Shown here: positions 56,901 through 64,000 of the stretch, piece after piece | Position numbering within the stretch: position 1 is the stretch's first letter | How the letters are laid out: every line of letters begins with the position of its first letter | Virus record (IMG/VR): IMGVR_UViG_3300042922_000643 | Coordinates: 62,001-126,000 of that record | DNA: 64,000 nt | Direction: 5' to 3' (one strand) | Notes under the pieces: model-generated | Told to the model about the DNA's origin: nothing | The model's input: only the letters and a program-made list of their open reading frames with translations | Databases searched by the model: none | Position numbers and translations under genes: made by a program

Positions 56901-58564
56901 ATATTGATCGTCATCTTGATATCATCGTTATCCTTATTCATTAAGGCGCGAAGGATACCGCAGTTTGAGATTACGATAATACCCTCATCGTAAATAGACC
57001 GAGTAATTACCGCAGGGTCATTATTCTGATACTTCACAATCGTAGTCCAAAGACTTAAGCTTTCACCGTCACCAAACACAATCTTTGGATTCACACCTTC
57101 ATATCCTACTTGAATCTTGGTTTTAGTGAGAAGATACAGACGTTCAACTGCTGAGCGCTCAATAGAATACGGGCTATGATTGTCTAAATCTACGGTGTTA
57201 ATTCCATACGATTTTGGACCTGTAGAAGATTCTGTAGTGGAGAATGATACACTAGTCAGAAAGCGACCAAGATCTAGTCGGTTTGCACCAGCGCCAGCAT
57301 TATCGATCCATAGACGACCACCATTTTGAAGATAAGTACGAATCGTATCACTATAAAGAGAGACGTCAGCAACTCCATATCCTGTAATAATAATAAGATC
57401 GTAATCATTCAAATAATCTGAAGGCATAGACAGATCCGTGATCCAATACTGAATACTTTTATCTTCTTTCGAAGTACCTACTGGTGGATGTGGATTAACG
57501 AATTCCAAGTATCCAGGTTTGGAGCTGTGCTCATAAATCTTCTTGAGTGCTCCCGTTAAATCCTCAGCATTGAACACACTATCATTTAGATAGACTAATC
57601 CAACATTCAAGTATCCCGTGTGTGTAGTATCCAGCTTCGTACGTAAACGACCTTTGATACGGTAGGAAAATTGATGTGCGGGTCTGGTTGTATTATCTGC
57701 AATAATGACCTGGCTTGGTGAATATACTTGGAATTTTTGATCGTCTGTTTCAACAATCGAATATGTCTTCTCGCTTAAAGAAGAAGACCATTCTCCATTT
57801 ATTTTTCGATTCTCTAGAATGTCTTCCATATCTTCCTTCGGAATTTCTGTGAAAAATGGATAGGCATTCAAGACTTCTACAGAGTCACTAATGTGAGATC
57901 CATTTGTATTGTACTTCTCATAACGAATCAAGTAGCTCTCTTCAGACGATCCCTGGAAGTTAGTATATATAAAAATACGATATGCATTCGCTGGGATACC
58001 AACGCCCGATTGTTTAATCAATTGGATCTTATAACGAAGAGAGCTGTCTATAGCTGTGCCATCAAGTTTTGTTACTCGAATTTTGTTTCCAAGATACAGA
58101 AGATTGTCTCTATTAGTAGCCTGAGAATAATCCATAATGTCCGTGATTGGTTTCTCAGTGTACCCACCAGTGTAGTATGCCACAGCAGCTCCTGTCGCAT
58201 CGAATAAGCCCTTTATCTCCGCTCTGTAGTATAGTGGAACTGGAGAATCTTGAGCGCTCTTAGGGGCTGAGAATTCGTCTGTGAGGGTGATGTTCTTTGT
58301 TGGTGCATAGTATGGCTTATTAAGCTCGCGCAACAGAAACGTATCATCTGGGAATACCAGCGTATCTCCCACATTTGAACTCAATGTGTTCTCTACGATT
58401 TGTCCTGACATATCTGTAATCAGCAGGTTTTTAGACGGGCTAATTTCAGGAGTGTGGACATAAGCTAGATTTACGCTATTAGAAGGGACTTTATTCCCTA
58501 CACGAATCGTATAGCCAAGGTCTTCTCCGCCCTGATCAATACGATCCTCATGATTCTTTGTCAT
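53984..58564 (-). CDS. Large virion structural protein with GATase-like/DUF4159-like and CBM-like domains
   Basis: YDLIIITGYG...IRTYLQNGGRLWIDN; NNDFE...VYMDYVEM CBM-like; repeated IDYE.G.I/V baseplate-type motifs; DARVRGGG. Confidence 0.75.
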   Translation of the reverse strand: MTKNHEDRIDQGGEDLGYTIRVGNKVPSNSVNLAYVHTPEISPSKNLLITDMSGQIVENTLSSNVGDTLVFPDDTFLLRELNKPYYAPTKNITLTDEFSAPKSAQDSPVPLYYRAEIKGLFDATGAAVAYYTGGYTEKPITDIMDYSQATNRDNLLYLGNKIRVTKLDGTAIDSSLRYKIQLIKQSGVGIPANAYRIFIYTNFQGSSEESYLIRYEKYNTNGSHISDSVEVLNAYPFFTEIPKEDMEDILENRKINGEWSSSLSEKTYSIVETDDQKFQVYSPSQVIIADNTTRPAHQFSYRIKGRLRTKLDTTHTGYLNVGLVYLNDSVFNAEDLTGALKKIYEHSSKPGYLEFVNPHPPVGTSKEDKSIQYWITDLSMPSDYLNDYDLIIITGYGVADVSLYSDTIRTYLQNGGRLWIDNAGAGANRLDLGRFLTSVSFSTTESSTGPKSYGINTVDLDNHSPYSIERSAVERLYLLTKTKIQVGYEGVNPKIVFGDGESLSLWTTIVKYQNNDPAVITRSIYDEGIIVISNCGILRALMNKDNDDIKMTINMILGIAEENYVTTPWMREYVYHRDNLFKQEYNDGDRSVYIDDRSDMDSTQIVAKKILNKSIRDALIPYMPSSYYKAKGIFKTEVQADSQVVVTNNDFEIGSYDSTTATAVTSWTNTNLNAISGWSTNLGLGTATFEHISNISERGEKALKITTVTEGAAYWSSSVPQLPLGSYRSSAWIKTSNVSSSGATIQIRKANGEILATGNLIIGDRDWTKVEVNFGLTEVTDIEIRIGLLTSGQGTVYMDYVEMYNIGSVYMTPDNDGSSALYAYAVKPKGDTFDLKTEGFSSADVTTYDPTVSFYCIIKSFVYKWDNTLARYIREYGNYSRKKMDIRRSDGIVTIDLLTTLLPDLKAGAEWANQDRIFFEVTVDPVDDRGENAFVNVAFFNKKTGVYFYSTSGENLIGYSELMAGTARLEVVVQAWADYYTIRATKRRYATKPQGDERIYLTYPATVDERDPWLPRVHNGSFTKDSLSYAEYDEFSTAYATKQFGTHRYSLPEYDRQIFKPGQPFRRIYKEICEYVDDTTVRVQNSPLYIQQGTSSGEILTKMDGETAKIFKALSGNWVKTVPPVVLSDTNGNGVFINYVGEYDIDYEGGRIILEETAPGRIMVDYTYNNIDLRKRTYSNGRVKREMLKTTDKKTFVSTHENWLLYPSPVIYRIPEGSTNDQDHIADINTYQINYDEGTVEFLEDVNESVYIDYLYSVDKIVTIKDYDTQSGLLYLNTPISFKDEIYCSYSYEENFVEYNGYYDENLEKYMYLDLNPSEGHYCTLPVIRNGELTGVPILSYEEVPTSKLMNKEVYIYIVPQSNSFGDTNPYTIRHCYSKAEWDQIRKSMPGIALLIGVAQLREHTNVNQATVLDARVRGGGVKESLSKDVLKKKNPLVVNHWDMGPWDGQAYYSNGVIILNLPNSILKINGGQFDEQQVIDILKKYVAYGVYYIIEYVDPVTTTDPVESTLMDGENTLDGTINMGG

Positions 58565-58579
58565 CTTTGACCCACCTCT

Positions 58580-61138
58580 TTAGCCATTTAGTCTATACCA
58601 GTTCTGTATTGCTAGATACTTATTATAAAGGCTTGTCGTCAGCTTGTTGTTATTTAGCCATACAATTTCTTGTATATTTATTAATCCATCCTCATTAAGG
58701 TCGAGCAAGGCTCCAAGCCCATTAGAAAGATCAGCAGCTTTTGTGTTGATATGATCCGTAACTTTACCCAGGATGTAAACTAGGATTTCTTCCCATTCAG
58801 ATTCTTTTAATGTCTGCTGTCGATCCTCGATCCGCTCAATATTACCATAGAATAACGTCATCGGGATTTGAACACCAAGACCACTGACCTGATCGATCAC
58901 GTTGATATACTCTGGCAGCTCGGAGCTTGCGAATTTATCTTCACTGAGTAGTGGAGCACGATAGCGATATAAATGCCTTCCTGCTTCTTCTCGAACACGA
59001 ATACTTCCTGCATCCGTCTTTGGAAGAACTTGCCCATACTTAGCTACTACACTAAGCTTTACATTACTTGCGAAGTTTCCATTCTGATCTAGTGGTTCAA
59101 TACTGATTGCCGACTCTGAAACTCCATCTGCAAACAAGAAGTTTGGAGAGGCTTTCACTCGAAAGACGGAGGTGTTCCCTGGTGTCTTCGTGATGTAAAG
59201 GAAACCTTGATGATTTGGGTTAAGCAATGGATTCAGTTCTATCATCGTAGCCAGCTTCTCTTCAGAATAGCGATTCCCTTCATAGGTAACTTCTACAGGT
59301 TTACCATCATGCTTACCTACAGTGACACGGAAAGAATCAGGCTGCTCAATATTGAAATCTACTGTATAAGCATCTTCTGGCTGATAAGATACGAAGAGAG
59401 GTTTACCTCTAAGTTCTTTCTTTTGCTCCGCAGTTAATGTCAGTAGAATTTTATTATTATCCACTGTATAGGGGTCTCCAACAATTGCACCTGATTGGTC
59501 CTTCACCTGGATTTTGAAGTTTTCATTTTCGATATCAGGATAACCAACTCGGATGTAGTCAGAAGTCCCGTCATAAGGAACGTACTCCTCATTGTATGTT
59601 CGGTATTCTCCAGAGATAGGGTCGAAGAAAGAGACTTTACGCATTGGCGTGCCATCTTCTTTCTGTACAATCACAGGTGACCCATAAGCAGGAGAAGGTG
59701 TAATCTCGATAATTGATTTATTAAAGCTCCCAATAGCATGATCAAACGTAGCCCGAAGAATCATCTGATCTATATTCAGAATCGGATTTTCAGAAGAATA
59801 TATTTTTAGAATATCGACTTCTGTTATTACCTTCGAGAAAATGATCAAGTCATCAATTGCCCCTGTGAATACAGAATTATGGAGACTACTGTGACCAATG
59901 CGAATAACATCAGAAGCTCCTAAGAATGTCTGGACAGCTGTATTGGCTTGGCGCACGCTATTCACCGTAAGGGACATACCATGCTCACTCCAAGTGATTG
60001 CGACGTGATTCCATTCGTTTAGGGTGAGTGATCCTGCGGCAGTTAGAGTAACTCCTTGATATTTAAAAGCGATGCCTAATGCTTGCTGACTAACCGAGAG
60101 CTCTCCGTTTGTGTCTCCATATTCTAAGATCGCAGAGGTACCTTCAGTTAGTGGATACATCCACAGACTAGCTGATCCCTCTTTACTGTTAATATTCTCT
60201 TTCGAGGGGTATGTCAGAAAGGAGGCTTCTCTCGATGCGCTATTCACAAGATCTTCGTTATGTATATACCCTGTGCTATCTTCACCCTTTTCAAGTTGCA
60301 CATTATTCACCTGGATCTCGTCTGTCGCAGAGAACCGAAGTTTGATTTGAGTACAGCCCGTAGAGGTTGTAAAAGTGTAGCTTCGACTCACCCATTCCTC
60401 ACTTGCTGAAAGAACAGAGCTATGTGTAGCTTGGGTTCCATCTACTTCAATCAGTTCAGCCTTTCCGCCACCTGATAAGGAGAAGGATAATGTATAGGGT
60501 TGTAGAGGAAGAACAGTAATAAGCTGCTCTAAATACACACTATCTGTTCCATCACTCTTGATGTGAAGATAGGCATCGTCGTTATCTAGCTTTTGAATAT
60601 CGACAAGAGCTCCAGACACACTATCGACGTTCGAAGTCCACCCCTCTGGGAATTCGGACTTGATCTCGATGGAATCGCACTTTGTCCCAGCTTCCCCATA
60701 CGCAGCGACCTTGCCGCTTTGAAGACCGTTATATTCAATATTGAAGATCAGGCTACCATCCAAATAAACTTTATAGTTTGTTCTTTTGACTTGACAGACT
60801 AATTGGTAAGTTTGTCCAACTACTAAGTCAGGGAGATTACTATTCTCTGCAAGATCAAGTTTGTTTGTTGATATCTGCGCACTTAAACGAGCAATCGTTT
60901 TAGACCCCGAGAAAGAGAGTCCAGAAAGATCAGCGCTTGTATATGAGCCTATGATACAGGAGAGGTATGTAATCTCTGAATTGAAACGTGGGATAATACC
61001 GAATTCTCCACCCTGATAAATCATGTCAGCTGTGAGAGTTAAATCTTTCCATTTACTATCACCAACAGCATAGTAGCCGTCAGTGTCCCATATTAATTTT
61101 CCATTGTCATTATGCGTATCCGCTAGAGTATACAGCAT
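58580..61138 (-). CDS. Virion structural protein with CBM-like, LamG, Ig(Big_1)-like and EF-hand/dockerin-like motifs
   Basis: NNVQLEKG, EWNHVAITW...IDDLIIF, LFADGVSESAISI, DLNEDGLINIQE; start may be 61138, 61159 or 61165. Confidence 0.8.
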   Translation of the reverse strand: MLYTLADTHNDNGKLIWDTDGYYAVGDSKWKDLTLTADMIYQGGEFGIIPRFNSEITYLSCIIGSYTSADLSGLSFSGSKTIARLSAQISTNKLDLAENSNLPDLVVGQTYQLVCQVKRTNYKVYLDGSLIFNIEYNGLQSGKVAAYGEAGTKCDSIEIKSEFPEGWTSNVDSVSGALVDIQKLDNDDAYLHIKSDGTDSVYLEQLITVLPLQPYTLSFSLSGGGKAELIEVDGTQATHSSVLSASEEWVSRSYTFTTSTGCTQIKLRFSATDEIQVNNVQLEKGEDSTGYIHNEDLVNSASREASFLTYPSKENINSKEGSASLWMYPLTEGTSAILEYGDTNGELSVSQQALGIAFKYQGVTLTAAGSLTLNEWNHVAITWSEHGMSLTVNSVRQANTAVQTFLGASDVIRIGHSSLHNSVFTGAIDDLIIFSKVITEVDILKIYSSENPILNIDQMILRATFDHAIGSFNKSIIEITPSPAYGSPVIVQKEDGTPMRKVSFFDPISGEYRTYNEEYVPYDGTSDYIRVGYPDIENENFKIQVKDQSGAIVGDPYTVDNNKILLTLTAEQKKELRGKPLFVSYQPEDAYTVDFNIEQPDSFRVTVGKHDGKPVEVTYEGNRYSEEKLATMIELNPLLNPNHQGFLYITKTPGNTSVFRVKASPNFLFADGVSESAISIEPLDQNGNFASNVKLSVVAKYGQVLPKTDAGSIRVREEAGRHLYRYRAPLLSEDKFASSELPEYINVIDQVSGLGVQIPMTLFYGNIERIEDRQQTLKESEWEEILVYILGKVTDHINTKAADLSNGLGALLDLNEDGLINIQEIVWLNNNKLTTSLYNKYLAIQNWYRLNG

Positions 61139-61172
61139 AAACACCTTCTTTCCAGACATTCTCACTACTAAA

Positions 61173-61201
61173 CTTGTAACCTATACCTCTGAATAAATCA
61201 A
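61173..61201 (-). promoter_or_regulatory. Candidate late promoter
   Basis: TTGATT-N17-TACAAG (GGTTACAAG) right after a terminator. Confidence 0.6.
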
Positions 61202-61202
61202 T

Positions 61203-61228
61203 AAAGAAAAGCCACCCTGAGGTGGCTT
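61203..61228 (-). terminator. Rho-independent terminator
   Basis: AAGCCACC-TCAG-GGTGGCTT followed by TTCTTT. Confidence 0.85.
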
Positions 61229-64000
61229 AAAACGTGAACTTTTGCACAGTAGAAGTCTTCTTAACATCGAAACCTGAGTTGCGAACAAGGTTCTCTGCGG
61301 CAGGCTGGAACTTCGCAGCATTCGAGTATTTGCCAGGAACATACTCTATATTCCCTGATCTAGCCATTTCAGATTCCGTAGGCGCTACAGTAATCGGTTC
61401 GCTAAATAAGTAATATTCTTCACTGCCCAGATAATAAAACCCTGTCTGGATTGTCGGGAACCAGTTGTCTTTAGGAACTCTATCCTGTAAGGAGCCATTA
61501 GCATATCCTATACCTGAATCATAATCGATCCATGTCTTCACCCAAAGGTCATTATCCTCGATAATGTACTCTTTGTTTTTGATCTCTTCATCTTCTGCGC
61601 CTTCCCACTCTGACATCGAAGGAAGAGCTGCTCTGAAGTCCACACCTGGAGAGCATGTGCCTGTGAAGGCTTTAACGTCAGGAGATCTCCAAATTCGATC
61701 TACACCGCTTTCCTCTTGGTAGTCACAACCAATCGTAATTGTAACCTGCTTTGGTTTTAAGCATTTATAGGATACATAGTACGCTTCGCCGCTGTCAGGC
61801 TCTCGACTCATTCCTTCTGCATAAGACCAAGAGATATAGTTTCCACTAAGATCATAATCCACTCCGCTAATGTAGTTTGAAGCCTGTACTACATCCGTGG
61901 CCGAGTCCCATATCCCAATAACCTCAATGACTTTTGCATTATTCAAAAGATCTTTACCGTTCTCTAAGGAGCCGCGGATAATTTTCTCTTTTGTGATAAC
62001 GACTTCCTCTTCTAGAATCTTAAGCGTTCGAACAAAGACGCGATTGTCAGGGACAATAATATCCTTCTGTTTTACACTGTTATAAATAACATCTATCTGG
62101 TAAGGCTGAGCGGATACGATAGCTGCTGGATCGATTCTTGGGAGAATAATCCTAGCAGGAATAATAATTGTCTTTCCAATAGCGACTGGAGTGGTTAAAT
62201 CCCCATTTGCAGATCGCAAATCGTATTCATCGACTTGGAATAATGCAGCGATGCTTTCGTAGGTATCTCCGTTTTTTGTAACATACTTCATCTCGACAGA
62301 GTCTCCCGATTCTGGGGTGACGTGGGTTCGAATATAGTCACCACGAAGATCGTTAAGATTAACTGTGCCTGAATAGATTTTTTCTTCGGAAACCCAATCT
62401 ACAAGGCCCCAAGTCGAATCTATAGAAACGAGTACAATTACCTTATCACTGAAAGTATTTGGGTTCCCGTTAATGATTTTATTATGGGCAGAAATTTCTG
62501 TAACATTTGTTTTCGGTGTATTGATCTGTTCTGAACTCCAATACATGATAACATTATTATTAACCGTACCATTGTTGGGAGCTCCTGTCTCAGGATTGTA
62601 CCATCCAGACATGAGGAAGTATCGATATTCTTTGGTATCATCCAGGGATGGTGTGAAAGAAGGAAGAAGTTCCATCTCGTCACCTTGGTTGATTACAACA
62701 GAGCCACCGCCATACTGGAAATGTTTAAAGACACCTGTTGTGGTTGCGTCTTTCGGCGTTGTATCTACGTTAATTCTAGCCCAAATCCTATCGTTACGAG
62801 AACTGGTATAGTTTGGACGCGAGATAGATGGAGGCAAATTGTTAGTACTCTCTAGATAAAGAACGATATCTCTTGGACGCTCGGTTCTATCTTCAAGATA
62901 ATACAGAGGGGTTGTCGCTTCCGCTGGAGCTGTGAAGCTTAGTGTGCTCATATCAAGAATCATTTGTTCTCCTGTATTTAAATTATCTACAGCAGAGAAC
63001 TTGTATTTGTCTATGGATTTTCGTTCTTCATAGATTAAATTTGAAGTCAGCTGAATCGAGTCAACAACTGGCGTCGCCTTATCTACCCGTTTACTTAGGG
63101 AGATCTTAATCCGATAAGGCTTGTTTGCTACACGGCGACCAATCAAACTTCGATCTGATATATATTTGGGTTGATCAAGAGAAAGTAGCACGTTGTCTTG
63201 TTCATCAAGAAATTCATAAAGAATACGAACGCTCGATTCATCCAGAGGCATATAAGAAGTGTCATCCCAGCTTTCCCAATGGTCAATACGCAGATTAGGG
63301 TTTACGCTGGCGGGGTTAATTAAAGAGGTAATGATATACCCTTCATTAAATCCTTCCTTGATGCGTAGTCGATGTGTTGACTTTTTGTATGGAGCACTCA
63401 TTGCTGAATAGACCGTACTTGATGTTGTAGCCGCAGACCGACTACGTATAGTCAAGTTGGTTCCTGTTGGAACTGTAGATGTCCAGTCGATAGAAACTGT
63501 TTCTTTAAACGTGGTTCCTGTCGGGGTTGCGACATCAATCATGTTGATAGTCCCCGTCCAGCTACCATCTTCAGTACGATTGCTGGTGTCTCCAGCGTAT
63601 ACATCAAGTTCTTCTACGATTGGCGATTTATCATTATCAGAAGAAGCAAGCCATAGTCTGATCTTTACGTGATCCTTACCAGCATAGTTGGGAGAAGTAG
63701 CTGTTAGAGTATAGGCATCAGTACGTCCTGATATAGCTGTTTTTGTAAGTGGGATTTTAACATAAGAAGTATACGTTCCACCACTACCTGTTTTTGCTTG
63801 AATCTCAAGAGTAAACGCGCAGACCCGAGCTTGAATAGAACGAAGCTGCAAAGTCTTATTCGCTGCGTTATCACTTCCCAAGGAGATCTCAACAACCTGA
63901 TTGCCATAAGCCAACTCGTCAATTACATACTGCTTGTTAGTGATAGATACGCTCACACTTGAAAATGTGTAGTTAGTAATCACACTTGCTGTTCCAGGCT
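61227..64000 (-). CDS. Large structural protein with LysM domain (5'-truncated by the window edge)
   Basis: Frame is open to 64000; LysM YVTKNGDTYESIA..F......LRSAN......GKTIIIP at about 62160-62290. Confidence 0.8.
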   Translation of the reverse strand, partial: PGTASVITNYTFSSVSVSITNKQYVIDELAYGNQVVEISLGSDNAANKTLQLRSIQARVCAFTLEIQAKTGSGGTYTSYVKIPLTKTAISGRTDAYTLTATSPNYAGKDHVKIRLWLASSDNDKSPIVEELDVYAGDTSNRTEDGSWTGTINMIDVATPTGTTFKETVSIDWTSTVPTGTNLTIRSRSAATTSSTVYSAMSAPYKKSTHRLRIKEGFNEGYIITSLINPASVNPNLRIDHWESWDDTSYMPLDESSVRILYEFLDEQDNVLLSLDQPKYISDRSLIGRRVANKPYRIKISLSKRVDKATPVVDSIQLTSNLIYEERKSIDKYKFSAVDNLNTGEQMILDMSTLSFTAPAEATTPLYYLEDRTERPRDIVLYLESTNNLPPSISRPNYTSSRNDRIWARINVDTTPKDATTTGVFKHFQYGGGSVVINQGDEMELLPSFTPSLDDTKEYRYFLMSGWYNPETGAPNNGTVNNNVIMYWSSEQINTPKTNVTEISAHNKIINGNPNTFSDKVIVLVSIDSTWGLVDWVSEEKIYSGTVNLNDLRGDYIRTHVTPESGDSVEMKYVTKNGDTYESIAALFQVDEYDLRSANGDLTTPVAIGKTIIIPARIILPRIDPAAIVSAQPYQIDVIYNSVKQKDIIVPDNRVFVRTLKILEEEVVITKEKIIRGSLENGKDLLNNAKVIEVIGIWDSATDVVQASNYISGVDYDLSGNYISWSYAEGMSREPDSGEAYYVSYKCLKPKQVTITIGCDYQEESGVDRIWRSPDVKAFTGTCSPGVDFRAALPSMSEWEGAEDEEIKNKEYIIEDNDLWVKTWIDYDSGIGYANGSLQDRVPKDNWFPTIQTGFYYLGSEEYYLFSEPITVAPTESEMARSGNIEYVPGKYSNAAKFQPAAENLVRNSGFDVKKTSTVQKFTF

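Larger units (their letters stand above)
1..64000 (-). mobile_element. Large tailed phage genome segment (tail/baseplate, lysis, replication and accessory modules)
   Basis: Dense co-oriented genes encoding tail fibres, tailspike, holins, endolysin, Sak, primase, helicase and PhoH; no host housekeeping genes. Confidence 0.93.

Noticed and set aside
13967-64000. Chromosomal contractile injection system or tailocin instead of a phage
   Set aside because: Directly linked Sak, primase, helicase and PhoH genes indicate a replicating phage; no sheath or tube gene was recognised in the window.
1-64000. Alternative genetic code, introns/inteins, tRNA or rRNA genes
   Set aside because: The standard code gives near-complete coding density with TAA, TAG and TGA all used as stops; no intein motifs seen in helicase or primase; intergenic gaps are short and explained by terminators and promoters.

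Overview
A 64-kb fragment of a large tailed bacteriophage (or prophage) genome. Strong GGAGG/GGTG ribosome-binding sites, sigma-A-like promoters, an Amidase_2 endolysin and holin-4 genes point to a Bacillota host, probably Paenibacillus/Bacillus-like (inference). All credible genes are on the minus strand. In transcription order (high to low coordinates): (1) about 50 kb of tail/baseplate/fibre genes (64000-13967) with many receptor-binding proteins carrying LamG, CBM-like, FN3, LysM, pectate-lyase beta-helix, YVTN-propeller and TIM-barrel domains, ending in a paralogous family of baseplate-like proteins; (2) an atypical lysis cassette (holin-4, ECF S-component-like protein, amidase, second holin-4, LL-H-type holin, patatin phospholipase); (3) a replication/recombination module (RHH regulator, Sak/Rad52, unknown, AEP primase, DnaB-like helicase); (4) accessory genes (GH26 mannanase-PA14, vWA, PIN-PhoH, small Cys-rich proteins). 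The most unusual observations are two structural domains that appear split across neighbouring genes, a recurring TTG-N17/18 promoter with a GGTTAC-type -10 region ahead of structural transcription units, and the phospholipase/ECF-containing lysis cassette. No capsid, terminase, integrase, tRNA, CRISPR array or reverse transcriptase was seen. All domain calls come from recognising motifs by eye, not from database searches.
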